From the human T2T-CHM13v2.0 reference genome, Homo sapiens: a DNA stretch of 64,000 bases. The notes beneath the pieces were generated by a model that saw only the letters and a program-made list of their open reading frames with translations, ran no database searches and was not told the DNA's origin. Position numbers and translations under genes: made by a program. The stretch lies in NCBI RefSeq assembly GCF_009914755.1, contig NC_060941.1. One strand, given 5' to 3'. Numbering within the stretch: the stretch's first letter is position 1; each line of letters opens with the position of its first letter. Below are positions 36,229 to 50,776 of this stretch, one piece after another.

Positions 36229-36599
36229 GGAGAATTTTTTAAGTATTAACTTACATGATCACAAGGTCCCACAATAGGCTATCTGCAAGCTGAGGAGCAA
36301 GAAGAGCCAGTCCGAGTCCCAAAAGTGAAGAAGTGAAGAACTTGCAGTCCAATGTTTGAGGGCAGGACGCATCCAGCATGGGAGAAAGATGTAGGCTGGG
36401 AGCTAGGCCAGTCTGTCCTTTTTATGTTTTTCTGCCTGCTTTATATTCGCTGGTATCTGATTAGATTGTGCCCACCAGATTAACTGTGCATCTGCCTTCC
36501 CCAGGTAATCTCTTTTGCAACACCCTCACAGACACACCCAGGATCAATACTTTGTAGCCTTCAATCCAATCAAGCTGACACTCAGTATTAACCATTACA
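36101..36599 (-). mobile_element. MLT2A (HERV-L) solo LTR with internal (TA)n tract
   Basis: Reverse complement starts tgtaatggttaatactgagtgtcagcttgattggattgaagg (MLT2A1/A2 5' end). 5-bp TSD cctta/cctga; TA-rich tract at ~36131-36223. Confidence 0.85.
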
Positions 36600-36670
36600 C
36601 CTGAAAAGGCATCTCAAAAAGCTGATCTTAGGTTCACAATAGTGATGTTACCTTTAAGAGTAATTGGGGG

Positions 36671-37076
<406 letters not shown>

Positions 37077-37173
37077 TTAGAGACCAGCCTGGCCAACATG
37101 GTTAAACCCCATCTCTACTAAAAATAAAAATAGGCTGGGCGTGGTGGCACGCACCTGTAATCCCAGCTACTCA

Positions 37174-37332
<159 letters not shown>

Positions 37333-38739
37333 TTACAAAAATTAGCTGGGTGTGGTGACGGGTGCCTGTAATCCCAGCTTCTTGGGAGGCTGAGACAGGA
37401 GAATCACTTGAATCCAGGAGGCGGAGGTTGCAGTGAGCCGAGATTGCACCCCACTGCACTCCAGCCTGGGTGACAGAGCTAGACTCCTTCTCAAAAAAAA
37501 AAAAAGAATAATTAGGGAAGTTGTGAATCCTATGACCTCCTGAATAATGGTTGGTGATATTTAGAATTAGTCATGTCATTCTTCTACACATAGATCTATC
37601 AAATTGAAACTCCTCTGCTTTTAAGGTATAGACAGTTACCTTCTTACTTTCCTAAAACACATTAGCTCCTATTTTCAGACTTTTGATGATATCCTTCCAT
37701 TCTCCCCACTCTCCTATGTTTGGAATGCTACCCTTTTCTTCTGTTCTCCTATCTAAATCCCATTCATTCATCATGACTCAGCTCTGGCCCACATTGCTTT
37801 TTTCCTCTCCTCTGCTGCAAATTTTATTTTCATTGCTATCTTTGAAACAACTGAGGAAAATACCAAATTTTCTTTTTGTTTTGTTTTTATTTTGCTTCAT
37901 TTTTCCCTTATAAAGACCAAATTTTCAAAGGTGAAGAATTTTTTCAGCAGATGGTGAGTAATTTTTTATGTCCATGAAAGACTAAAGAGGAAGAAACCAG
38001 GCTTAAAAATAGGGGAGGGTTTCAGCTGAACATGAAAAATAATTTCTTCATTTTCAAAGTAATCAAAAAAAGTATAATATATTATATGTATTGCTGGAAT
38101 TGAGAGAAGAAATGTAAAACTCCTTACTTTATACAGTTCTTATCTTGGGGTTGGCACACACAAGAATGAAAGAATTCTACTATAATTAAAATTAAATTAA
38201 GATCTCAAAGTACTTTGTTTCCTATCATAACTATTCACTATTCACCTTAAAAAAGGTGTCCTGAGATTGCAAGATATATTTCAGTGCAATCTTGTTCATT
38301 TTTATTTATCATCTTATAATTGTATTAGGTTGACCCATATGAGACAGCTGTTTACAGTTAATATGTTTGAATATTGGCGTTTCATTTTTTTTTTTTTTTT
38401 TTTTTTTGAGACAGAGTCTTACTCTGTTGCCCAGGCTCTGGAGTGCAGTGGTACCATCTCTGCTCACTGCAACCTCTGCTTCCCGGGTTCAAGCGATTCT
38501 CCTGCCTCAGCCTCCTGAGTAGCTGGGATTACAGGAGCGTGCCATCACGCTCAACTAATTTTTGTATTTTTAGTAGGGATGGGGGTTTTGCCATGTTGAC
38601 CAGGCTGGTCTCGAACTCGTGACCTCGAGATCCACCCACCTCGGCTTCTCAAAGTGCTGGGATTGCAGGCGCGAGTCACCGCGCCCAGTCCGTTTACTTT
38701 TTTTTTTTTTTTTTTTTTAGACGGAGTCTGCCTGTGTAG

Positions 38740-38919
<180 letters not shown>

Positions 38920-39136
38920 TGATCTCCTGACCTGGTGATCCACCCGCCTCGGCCTCCCAAAGTGCTGGGATTACAGGCGTGAGCCGCCGCGCCCGGCCCC
39001 GTTTACTTCTATAGTTATTTTCCTGGCTATTCCCCGGTCAGCAAAGTGGGTCATCACACAAGAAAAAGTTGAGTTCATAAATATGCAAAGGAAATACTGG
39101 CATCAAATTTCATCCATTTATCTTTTGACCAAATAG

Positions 39137-39459
39137 TGAGACAAACAGGTTGGAAAGGTTCCCTGGCAAAACTCCAGCCAGCCTGCATACTGAGGTGGAG
39201 CTTCGGGAAGTTCGCACAATTTGCATGGGGAGGAGCCTGGCCCCTCCTCTTCCTTTGTGAAACCTGGGATTCAAACTGCAAGGCAGGAAGGAACCAGCAG
39301 GAATTCTAGCCTTGCAGAAAGTCCCTGTTCCCCCTTTGTTTTCCTTTTTGCCCCATAAATCCCATTATTCTCACCCTTCAATCATCTGTGAGCCTAAATT
39401 TTTGTTGCCATGGGACAATAACTCTGTCTTTAGCTGAACTAAGGAAAAGTACTGCAACA
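39137..39459 (+). mobile_element. MER61-family (ERV1) solo LTR
   Basis: TG...CA ends, 4-bp TSD atag, and internal ggggaggagcctggcccctcctcttcct and tttagctgaactaagg motifs. Confidence 0.8.
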
Positions 39460-40644
39460 ATAGTCAATGATATAAAACCTGATTTTCTGTAATTATGTTA
39501 TCTTTTTATGCCTGTCTTCTGAGAAAAAAAAAATATTGCTGGAGTTCAAATATCACAAAAAGGTGGCCAGCCATGGTGGCTCACACTTGTAATCCCAGCA
39601 CTTTGGGAGGCTGAGGCAGGAGGATCACTTGAGCCCAGCAGTTTGAGACCAGCCTAGGCAACATAGGGAGACCCTGTCTCTACAAAAATAACAGAAAATA
39701 TTAGCTGGGCATAGTGGTGCATGCCGGTGGTCTCAGCTACTTGGGAGGCTCAAGTGGGACTGAGCCCATTACTGTATCGCTGCACTCCCGCCTGTGTGGC
39801 AGAGCAAGACCCTGTCTCAATCAATCAATCACAAAAAGGGGCTAGTATGGCATAAATACATTGTTTCTTAATTGTGGTAAAATAAACATAAAAATTTCCA
39901 TCTTAACTACTTTTAAGTGTACAGTTCACTGGCATTAAGTACGTTCACAATGTTGTGCAACCACCACCACTATCCATTTCTAGAACTTTTTTCATCTTCC
40001 AAAACTGAAGCTCCGTACCCACTAGGCAATAACTTCCCACTCCATCCATCCCCCAGTCACCATTATTCTGTCCGCATGAATTTGATTATTCTAGGTATCT
40101 CATGTAAGTGGAATCATACAGTATTTGACTTTTTGTGATTGGCTTATTTCACTTAGCTTAATGTCCTCATTTTTACCCACGTTGTGGCATGTCAGAACTT
40201 ATTTCCTTTTTAAAGGCTGAACAATATTCCACTGTACATATAATACCTCATTTTGTTTATCCATTCATCGTTGATGAACACTTGGGTTGCTTCCATCTCT
40301 TGGCTATTGTGAATAATGTTGCTATGAACACGGGTGTATGAATCTCTTAAGACCCTGCTTTCAATTCTTTTAGGTATCTACCCAGGAGTCCAGAAGTGGA
40401 ATTGCTGGATCATATGATCATATTCTATTTTTAATTTTTTGAAGAATCACCATACTATTTTCCATTGCAGCTATGCCATTTTACATTCCCACCAATAGTG
40501 CACAAGGCTTCCAATTTCTCCATATCCTCACCAACGCTTTATGTTGATAGTGGCCATCCTAATGGGTATGAGGTAGTATCTCACCGTGGTTTCAATTTGC
40601 ATTTCCTTAATGATTAGTGATTTTGATTTTTTTTTTTTTTTTAA

Positions 40645-40806
<162 letters not shown>

Positions 40807-41011
40807 TAGAGATGGGGTCTTGCCATGTTTCCCAGGCTGGTCTCAAACTCCTGGGCTCAAGCAATCCTTCCTTCTCAGCCTCCCAAGTGCTGGAATTACA
40901 GGCATGAGTCACTGCATTCGGCCTTGAGCATCTTTTCATATGCTTATTGCTTATTTGTTTATCTTCTTTGGAGAAATGTCTATTCAAGTTCTTTGCTTAT
41001 TTTTTAATTGG

Positions 41012-41628
41012 GTTGTATGATGGTTAATTTTATGTGTCAACCATCAACCTGACTGGGTCACAGGATGTCCAGTATTTGGTTAAATATTATTCTCGGCTTA
41101 TCTGTGAGGGTGTTTCTGGATAATATTAACCTTTGAATCAGTAGACTGGGTAAAGCAGACTGTCCTCTCCAGTGTGGGTAGTCCTCACTCAATCTATTGA
41201 AGGCCTGAATAGAACAAAAGGCTGAATAAGGGAGAAGTTCCTCCTTCTGCCTTTGAGCAAGGACATTGGTCTTCTATTTTCGGACTCAGACTTGGACTCA
41301 GCAAATGGTGGACTGAGCCACCATTGGCTCTCCTAGTTCTTTAAGCCTTTGGACTTGGACTGGAACTATACCATTAGTTCTCCTGGGTTTCCAGCCTACA
41401 GATCTTGGGACTTCTCAGCCTCAATAATGTAAACCATTTACTTAGAATCAATTTCTTTCTTTTCTTTCTTTCTTTCTCTCTCTTTTTTCTTTCTTTCCCT
41501 CACTCTCTCCCTCCCTTCCTCCCTTCCTCCCTTCCTCCCTCCCTCTCTCCCTCTCTCTATATATATCTATCTATCTCTATGAGATACCCTTTTTGGTTCT
41601 ATTTCTCTAAAGAACCCTGACTAATACA
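41012..41628 (+). mobile_element. MLT2-family LTR
   Basis: tgatggttaattttatgtgtcaa...ggttctatttctctaaagaaccctgactaataca, with an internal CT-rich simple repeat. Confidence 0.8.
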
Positions 41629-43040
41629 GATATTGGTCCTGAGAAATGGGGTGCTGAGGCTTTGAAACCAGGTAATGGGTAGAAGAGTTTTGAAGTGCAT
41701 GCTAGAAAAAGCCAAGATTGCCATGAAGGGATTGCTAAAGGCAATTCTGGTGAGTGCTCAGAAAGGATAGAGGAGATCTGGAGAAAATGCTTCCATCTTC
41801 TTAGAGAATACATAAAGAACCACGAACAGAATATTTGTAGAAATATGGATGGAAAAGCCCTTTCTGACGAAGGCTCAGATGGAAACAAGAAACATGTTAG
41901 TGGACAATGGAGAAAAGGCAATCCTTGTTATAAAGTGGCAAAGAACTTGGGCTGGATTGTGTTTGTGTTCTAGTATTTTGTGGAAGGTAGAACTTGCAAC
42001 AGTGGAATTGGACATTCAACTACAGTGGTTTCTAAGCAAAGTGGTGAAGGAGTGGTTTGGCTCCTTCTGGCTGCTATAATAAAATGCAAAAAGAGAGAAA
42101 TGAATTGCAGAAGGAATAGTTAAGCAAAAGGGAACCAGAACTTACTTGGAACATTCTCTGCCTGTGCATATTGCAAAAAATGAGAAAGCATGTTTGGAAG
42201 GGAACACCAACAGTGTGGCTGACTGACCATATAAGGAGGGTAGTGTTGGTGTGAACCACAGGCCTAATCAGCCATCTCAATAGAAGCCAGGATAGAGAAG
42301 GGATTATGCAAACAGAAATACTGCCAGCTAGGACTAAGGGAAACAGAGAAAATGAAATGGAATAAAGGAAGACTGTGACTACGCATTATCCTTCAAGAAA
42401 GGGGAAGAAGGATCCCCCCAAAGGCAATTCAGTGATGATCATCAGGGCTTCTACTCTCATCACACCCACCATGGGTGGCGATCAGGGAGCAGGCTGTCTT
42501 CACTTCAGTTTCAAAGGCTAGGACCACTGGCAAGCAGAGTTGTGTGGGCAGGGCTCTTGCAGAGAGCCCTGTGGATGGCACTCCACTGAGCTGAAGGGGC
42601 AGGGCCACCACATGAAGCAATGAGGGTGACGCTGCCACTCAAGTGCATCTGGAGAGCAGAGCATCAAACCAAGAAGGATTATTTTCAAGTCTTAAGACCT
42701 AAGGGGATTTGCCTTGCTAAGTTTTAAACTTATTTGGGACCTATCAGTCCTACTTTCCTTCTGATTTCTACCTTTTGAGATAGGAAATCTATCCTATGCT
42801 TACCTCACCATGGTATTTTGGAAGTGCTTAATTTACCTGGTTTCACAGGTTCACAGCTGGAGAGGAATGTTGGCTCAGAATGAATCATTCCTGGTCTTAC
42901 TTGTATCTGATTTAGATGATATAAAACTTTGGACTTTAGGCTTCAGAACTGATGCTGGAATGTTTTGTCTTTTAAAGATGTTGAGATGGAATGAATATAT
43001 TTTGTGTATGAGAACATGAATTTTGTGGGTTCCCGGGCAA
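41629..43040 (+). mobile_element. MaLR (MLT1-type) internal sequence
   Basis: PBS-like gatattggtcctgagaaatgggg; decayed MaLR gag-like reading (...LSDEGSDGNKKHVSGQWRKGNPCYKVAKNL). Confidence 0.75.
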
Positions 43041-43042
43041 AA

Positions 43043-43394
43043 TATTATGGACTTAATGCTTGTGCCCCCTGCTAATTCATATGTTGAAGCCCTACCCTCG
43101 AAAGTGAGGCGAGGCCTTTGGGAGGTAGTTAGGGTTAGATGAGGTCATGATGGTGAGCCCCCCATGACGTGTCCTTAAAAGAATAGGAAGAGACCAGAAC
43201 GTGCTCTCTCTTTCTTTCTCCCCACCAAGTAAGAACACTGAGAGAAGGTGGCTGTCTGCAAGCCCGGAAGAACACCCTCACATGAACATTCTGGCACCTT
43301 GATCTTAGATTTCCCAGCCTCCAGGACTGTGAGAAATAAATGTCTGTTGTTTCAGCCACCCAGTCTAGGTATTTTGTTATAGTGGACTGACTAG
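43043..43394 (+). mobile_element. MLT1A-type MaLR LTR
   Basis: aattcatatgttgaagcccta...ttcccagcctccaggactgtgagaaataaatgtctgttgttt. Confidence 0.8.
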
Positions 43395-43567
43395 GGTTTT
43401 GTTTTTATTGAGCTGTAGTTCTTTATATCCACATTCTGGATTTAACCCCTTATGATTTGCAAATATTTTCTTCTGTTCCATGGGTTGCCTTTTCACTCTG
43501 TTGATAGTGTCTTTTGATGCACAGAAGTTTGAAATTTTGATGTAGTCTAATTTATCTATTTTTGTAG

Positions 43568-43751
<184 letters not shown>

Positions 43752-45478
43752 TAGCTGGGATTACAGGCTCATGCCACCACACCCAGCTAATTTTTGTATT
43801 TTTAGTAGAGACAGGATTTCGCCATGTTGGCCAGGCTGGTCTCAAACTCCTGACCTCAGGTGATCCACCCACATGGCCTCCCAAAGTGCTGGGATTACAG
43901 GTGTGAGCCACTGCACCTGGTCTGAAAGATTATTTTTATGACTTTGTCAATAAATGGCATTTGGTTAAGATTTATTATTATTATTATTATTAATTTTTGA
44001 GACGGAGTCTTGCTCTGCTGCCCAGGCTGGCGTGCAGTGGCTTGATCTCGGCTCACTGCAACCTCCACCTCCAGGATTCAACCAATTCTCCTGCCTCAGA
44101 CACCTGAGTAGCTGGACTACAGGCATGCACCACCACACCCGGCTAATTTTTTGTATTTTTAGCAGAGATGGGGTTTCACCATGTTGGCCAGGTTGCTCTT
44201 GAACTCCTGACCTCATGTGATCCGTCTGCCTCAGCCTCCCAAAATGCTGGGATTACAGGCATGAGCCACTGCCCCTGGCAAAAATAACAGATTATTAATG
44301 CAATGTCTTCTTTGTTACCTGGAACTGGCCTTTAGTTTTAATGATATGCTGTTTACTATTTAATTTCCTACTACAAGCTACATTTGAACCCACAAACTGA
44401 CAAGATGAGTTCAGGCATGCTTAATGAAATGATTCAATGCTGGTTTATTCTGTGGTGAGTGATGGAGAACTCTGAACAATCTGTAGCAGTCAAACATACA
44501 AAAATCAATCTCTTACATACCGTATAGCTACAAGGGGCATTCAACTGGCAGGTAAGATAAGTTTCTTTGCTTCGAGTCGGACTAAAGCCTTTAGATTTAG
44601 AAATAGCTTGGCAAACACACTAAATGTAAGACATTATAACAGATTAGCAAATTTTGATTTTTTAATAGTTGCTACTAGGTTTTTTTCATTTCTTATTTTT
44701 ATAAGTAATCCTCTTGTGAATAGAAGAAGCCTGCAAAAACCCTCTGCTGGTCAAAGTGACAAAGTATTGCCAAAAACTTAAAAACAGGTCTTTATGATTC
44801 TTCTTCTTCCTCTTTTTTTTTTTTTTTTTTTTAGTAAGACAGAGTCTCACTTTGTTGCCCAGACTGGAGTGCAGTTGTGTGGTCTCTGCTCACTGCAACC
44901 TCCACCTCCTGGGTTCAAGTGATTTTTCTGCCTCAGCCTCCTGAGTAGCTGGGATTACAGGCATGCACCACCATGCCTGGCTAATTTTTTTTTGTATTTT
45001 TATTAAAGATGGGGTTTTACCAGGTTGGCCAGGCTGTTCTCAGACTCTTGGCCTACCAAAGTGCTGGGATTACAGGTGTGAGCCACCGCGCCTGGCCTTT
45101 ATAGTTCTTAATGGCTTGACAATTCAGTACTGTGAATAAGAGAATGACTTCCATTGCCTCATCATTAGGTAATTTTTTGGAACAACATTATTCCAGTGGA
45201 TATTGAGTCAATATATAAAGCTTGAAATTGACTCAGAGAGCTTTAAATCTGACCTTCTAGAAAATATAAGAATTATTTTTTCATTCTAATGGGAATATGA
45301 TTACGATGCCTCTGGTACACATTCAGCTAAAATTTATTTTTGGTTTCTACCTCCTTAGCCCTATGCAAAAGAAGGACACTTCTCTTTGCTAAGAGACACG
45401 AGAAATTAAGCCTTAAGCCCACAATTTATGTGTTAACAAATCAGGAAAAAAACTACCGATAATCTCAGTTACTGATGA

Positions 45479-45805
<327 letters not shown>

Positions 45806-46599
45806 TGATCCGCCTGCCTCGGCTTCCCAAAGTGCTGGGATTACAGGCGTGAGCCACCGCGCCCGGCCTGATAATTATTAAAGCAGCATTCCCTTTAGCC
45901 AGCTTCTTCACAATGAGCATGCTTATTGATCCTTTCTCTGTATCATCTAGAATGGCTCATTTGAGTTCAGAGGATACAAGTTTGGTAACATTGAAATGAC
46001 CATCTAGAACTTACCAGGCCTGTTTCTTGTGGGAGGGAGTTACTTTTAAAAACCCTTAAAGGAGATAAAATAAATGTTATTTTATACTTCCTAGATTTCT
46101 CTCACAATTGTTTTCTTTTAATGTTACTGGGTACTGGCACCCTTCTAACAACATGCCCACTATTCCATGAGAAGAGGGTAAAAATATTTCATTGCATTTT
46201 AAAAGATTAGGTAGGTTACTCAGTATACTTACTCAGTATACCCTTTGTATAGAAACAAAGTGAAATATTTACCAATCTGCAAGAATTGCCAAAATTTATC
46301 AAATATCAATGACAAATTAAGTACAAAACTGAAGGCTGAAATGTTCTTCAGTTGATATTTTCCTAAAAGGTAAGGAAATTTTGCTTTTTTATTACCCCCA
46401 AGATAATTCCTTGGATGCTTGGGTGAAAACTGAGCCAAAATTGACCTTTCTGCCTCTTTTTAAACCAATGTACCATTGAAAAATCTTTCTGAGTCAGTAA
46501 CTGGATTCCTAAAGCATTCGCTCTTACTCTTTTTTTTTTTAAAAAAGGGAGGAAGGTCCTGATACGTTGTCTCAAACTCCTGGCCTTAAGCAATCCCAA

Positions 46600-46756
46600 G
46601 TAGCTGGAATTACAGGCACAAAATACCATGCCCAGGTGCAATCTGGTTTCTTGAGAGACCAAGGAAGCACGTTGAAAAACAAGGATAAGCTAATCTGATA
46701 AGACTGAAAAAGAATTAGAGAAAAAACCATAACTACTACAAAAATATCCTACAACA
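46600..46756 (+). repeat. 157-bp direct repeat, copy 1
   Basis: Matches 48067-48223 at 155/157 positions by manual alignment. Confidence 0.95.
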
Positions 46757-46788
46757 AAAATGCCGTAGGATATAATGAACAAACATAC

Positions 46789-46832
46789 CTCCTGGGCTGT
46801 GACCGGCATTCTTCCTCCCCACTGTCTGCCTC
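46789..46832 (-). CDS. SSH2: SSH2 internal 44-nt coding exon (EADSGEEECRSQPR-S)
   Basis: The reverse complement reads ttttttttttcattttctgtctatacag|GAGGCAGACAGTGGGGAGGAAGAATGCCGGTCACAGCCCAGGAG|gtatgt: polypyrimidine tract, AG acceptor, GT donor. Translation matches the recalled canonical SSH2 N-terminal segment. Confidence 0.95.
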
Positions 46833-48066
46833 CTGTATAGACAGAAAATGAAAAAAAAAATTAAAACCTGAGGTTTCATATCATAATATCACTAATATAA
46901 TTTTACTAAGTTTCACATGTTGTGTACTTGAACTAAATTACTCATGTTGTATACTTGAACTAAATTCTCTTCAAAAAAAGTGACTTCAACCAACCCAGGA
47001 AGTTGATGTCAATAGAACTTACTCCTGGAGGTAACTTCAACAATAGTCCATGAACAAATTTCATTGACAATGAAGTGCTATTCATTAAAACAATTACCTC
47101 CAAAAACCAACTAAACATGTTATTTTACTGTTATGCTACTTCAGCTTCAAAACGAGTGGGCATTCTGACTACCACCAATAAATCTCATCAATATAACCTA
47201 TTAATGATTCTGACCCCCAAAGAACAACCTAAACAATGAACACCACTTAAAAGAGAGTGCTCATGATCAAATCACCATCAACATCAACATAATGGCTACC
47301 ACTTGTTGAGTACTTACAATGTGCTAGGCACTGTGTTCCTCAATTTAAGTACATTACTGTACTTATTCTTTATAAACCCAGAAGGTTGATGGTACCAATT
47401 ATTTTTAACTTATTCAAATACACACAGTAACATAGGATAAATCAATGTCATATAAAAGCACTGATGGTTAATGACCCACCCAGGGATGCCAAACAATGAT
47501 GACAACAAAAAGCACTGAATCATAGTTCAATTACAATATTTATTTCTTCTTAGTGTGGCACATAAAATAATAGAAAGTCTTATAACTTATGTCAATTTAG
47601 ACTCAATGAATATTTTACAGATGAAGAAGCAAAAGGGAAATAAGCTGTCCAAGGAGACTCATGTGGTAAAGAATTAAAACGAAGAAATATTGACTCCCAG
47701 CTAGCTGAAAAAGCTTATCATTTACCTCTCCTTGCCCTGGGTTAAAAATTAGTATATGTTATGATATTATACTGATCTTCACAGAGGCAAGAATATTGAC
47801 ATGAAGGAAAAGTGAGGAAAGATGAAGAGGCTTTTTCTTTAAATTTGCTCCCTGACAATTTGTATTTGTTCTCTCATCACTTTTGCCCTATCTGGCAAAC
47901 ACAGAACTATTAGGTAGAAGGAGAAAAATAATCTCAGAGAATATGTGTACTGTCTGCCCAACAAGTCACCTGCATTTTCATTTATGAAGCCATCCTCATC
48001 TACCTTTACATCATTCTGCCTCCTTTCCTGGGCAACCAAGCCTAGCTCTGTAACTTTCATTCCCAT

Positions 48067-48223
48067 GTAGCTGGAATTACAGGCACAAAATACCATGCCC
48101 AGCTGCAATCTGGTTTCTTGAGAGACCAAGGAAGCACGTTGAAAAACAAGGATAAGCTAATCTGATAAGACTGAAAAAGAATTAGAGAAAAAACAATAAC
48201 TACTACAAAAATATCCTACAACA
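48067..48223 (+). repeat. 157-bp direct repeat, copy 2
   Basis: Matches 46600-46756; offset 1467 bp. Confidence 0.95.
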
Positions 48224-49233
48224 TTTCATTATTCATTTCAAACATGTCTTTCTCTCTGTCTCTCTTTTTTTATTTTCCACAAAGGAAGAACAAAACAAAG
48301 ATTCTGCTTCCAGAAGGAGTACAGGTAGAAAGTGTCATAGTGTATTACACTCTTTGCATATAAGAGAGAGGTTTTAGGTTAGAAAGGTATGCCCTTTAGA
48401 GACTGAAAAAAGGTTTAAAATGGGAAAGAGCTGTCTCTAGAATCAATAATCAGAACCTGGAAAGTTTGCAAGAATGAAAATAAAAGACTCAGATAAACAA
48501 ATGTAAATGTTAGATTTTTGTGCCCAAAGAACTGTAATAAATAGAAATGATTTCCTGGAATATCATTTAACAAAGAGTGCTTCAGTACTGTTATTATTAA
48601 TAGATCTCAAATTATAATGCAGTCTTCTCACATTTTTTTCCTTATCTTTTTTTTAGACGTTGTCTCACTCTTGTCACCCAGGCTGGAGTGCAGTGATGCG
48701 ATCTCGACTCACTGCAACCTCCACCTCCCAGGATAAAGCAATTCTCCAGTCTCAGCCTCCCAAGTAGCTGGGACTACAGGTGCCCGCCACCATGCCTGGC
48801 TAATTTTTGTATTTTTTAGTAGAGATGGGGTTTGGCCATACTGGCCAGGCTGGTCTCAAACTCCTGAACTCAGGTGATCCACCCCCATCGGCCTCCCAGA
48901 GTGCTGGGATTATAGGCGTGAGCCACCGTGCCCGGCCACATTATTTTTTAATTGCATTAAATATTATATAAGAATATGTTTAACATATAAGTTATGAGGT
49001 ACAATAACAAAATTAATACCTATGAACACCATTCCACCTAAGAGCTATAATAGTACCAACACTGTTGCTTCTGTTTGCCTCTTATTTCCCATTCCTCTTT
49101 CTATTATGTGACTACTATCCCAGTTTATACTTTTTTTGTTTCCACCTCATTTTATTATTTAAAAAATTTCAAACATAAAATTGAAAGATCTTATAGCGAA
49201 CTTGTATATCTACCATCTAGATTGTATCATTAA

Positions 49234-49359
<126 letters not shown>

Positions 49360-49893
49360 TGAGTAGCTAGGATTACAGGCATGTGCCACCATGGCCTGGC
49401 TAATTTTTGTATTTTTAGTAGAGACGGGCTTTCTCCATGTTGGCCAGGCTGGTCTCGAACTCCTGACCTCAGGTGATCCGCCCACCTCGGCCTCCCATGG
49501 TCTAGGATTATAGGCGTGAGCCACCATGCCTAGCCAATATTTTCTATACTTTTTAAAAATCATATGTTTATTCATCTATCTGTCCATCTATCCATCTTAT
49601 TTTTTGGATGCATTTCGATTTAAGTTACTGATATCAGTACATCTGCCTTTAAATGCATAATAATTAATTAGAATTCAGTATTTCTTTATAGTTTTTTCCT
49701 TTCTTTTTTTTTTTTTGTTTAGAGATAAGATCTTGCTCTGTCACTTAGGCTGTAGTATGTGCAGTAGCATTATCACAGCTCACTGCAGCCTCAAACTCCT
49801 GGGTTCAAGCAATTCTCCTGCCTCTCCCTCCTGAGTAGCTAGGACTACAGATGCACACTGCCAGGCCTGGCTAATTTTGTTCTTTATTTTTAA

Positions 49894-50037
<144 letters not shown>

Positions 50038-50440
50038 TAAAATTTATATACAATGAAATATACAAATCTTAAGTGCGCCATTTAATGAGTTTTGACAAAT
50101 GTATGTGTCTACGTAATTCAAACTGCTATCAAGAAATGGAACATTTCCATCACCTCAGAAATTTTTCTCACAGCCATTCCCAGTCAAAATGTGGCACCAC
50201 CCACTCCTGAGGCAACCCTGTTCTGGTTTTCCACCACAGATTTTTGCCATAAAAAATTAGTACACAGGATATGATTCCATTGTTCATTAAATGGGATTAT
50301 ATACTATGTACTACTTTATGGGAAGATTTTTGAAAAATATTCAGCATAATGTTTTCGAGATTCATCCCACGTTGTTGCATAAAATAGCAGTTCATTCCTT
50401 TTTATCGCTGAGGATTCCATCACATGAATATACGAGTTCA

Positions 50441-50776
<336 letters not shown>

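Noticed and set aside
41695-42079. ORFs with a gag-like look
   Set aside because: Decayed MaLR internal sequence with stops and frameshifts; no sign of domestication.
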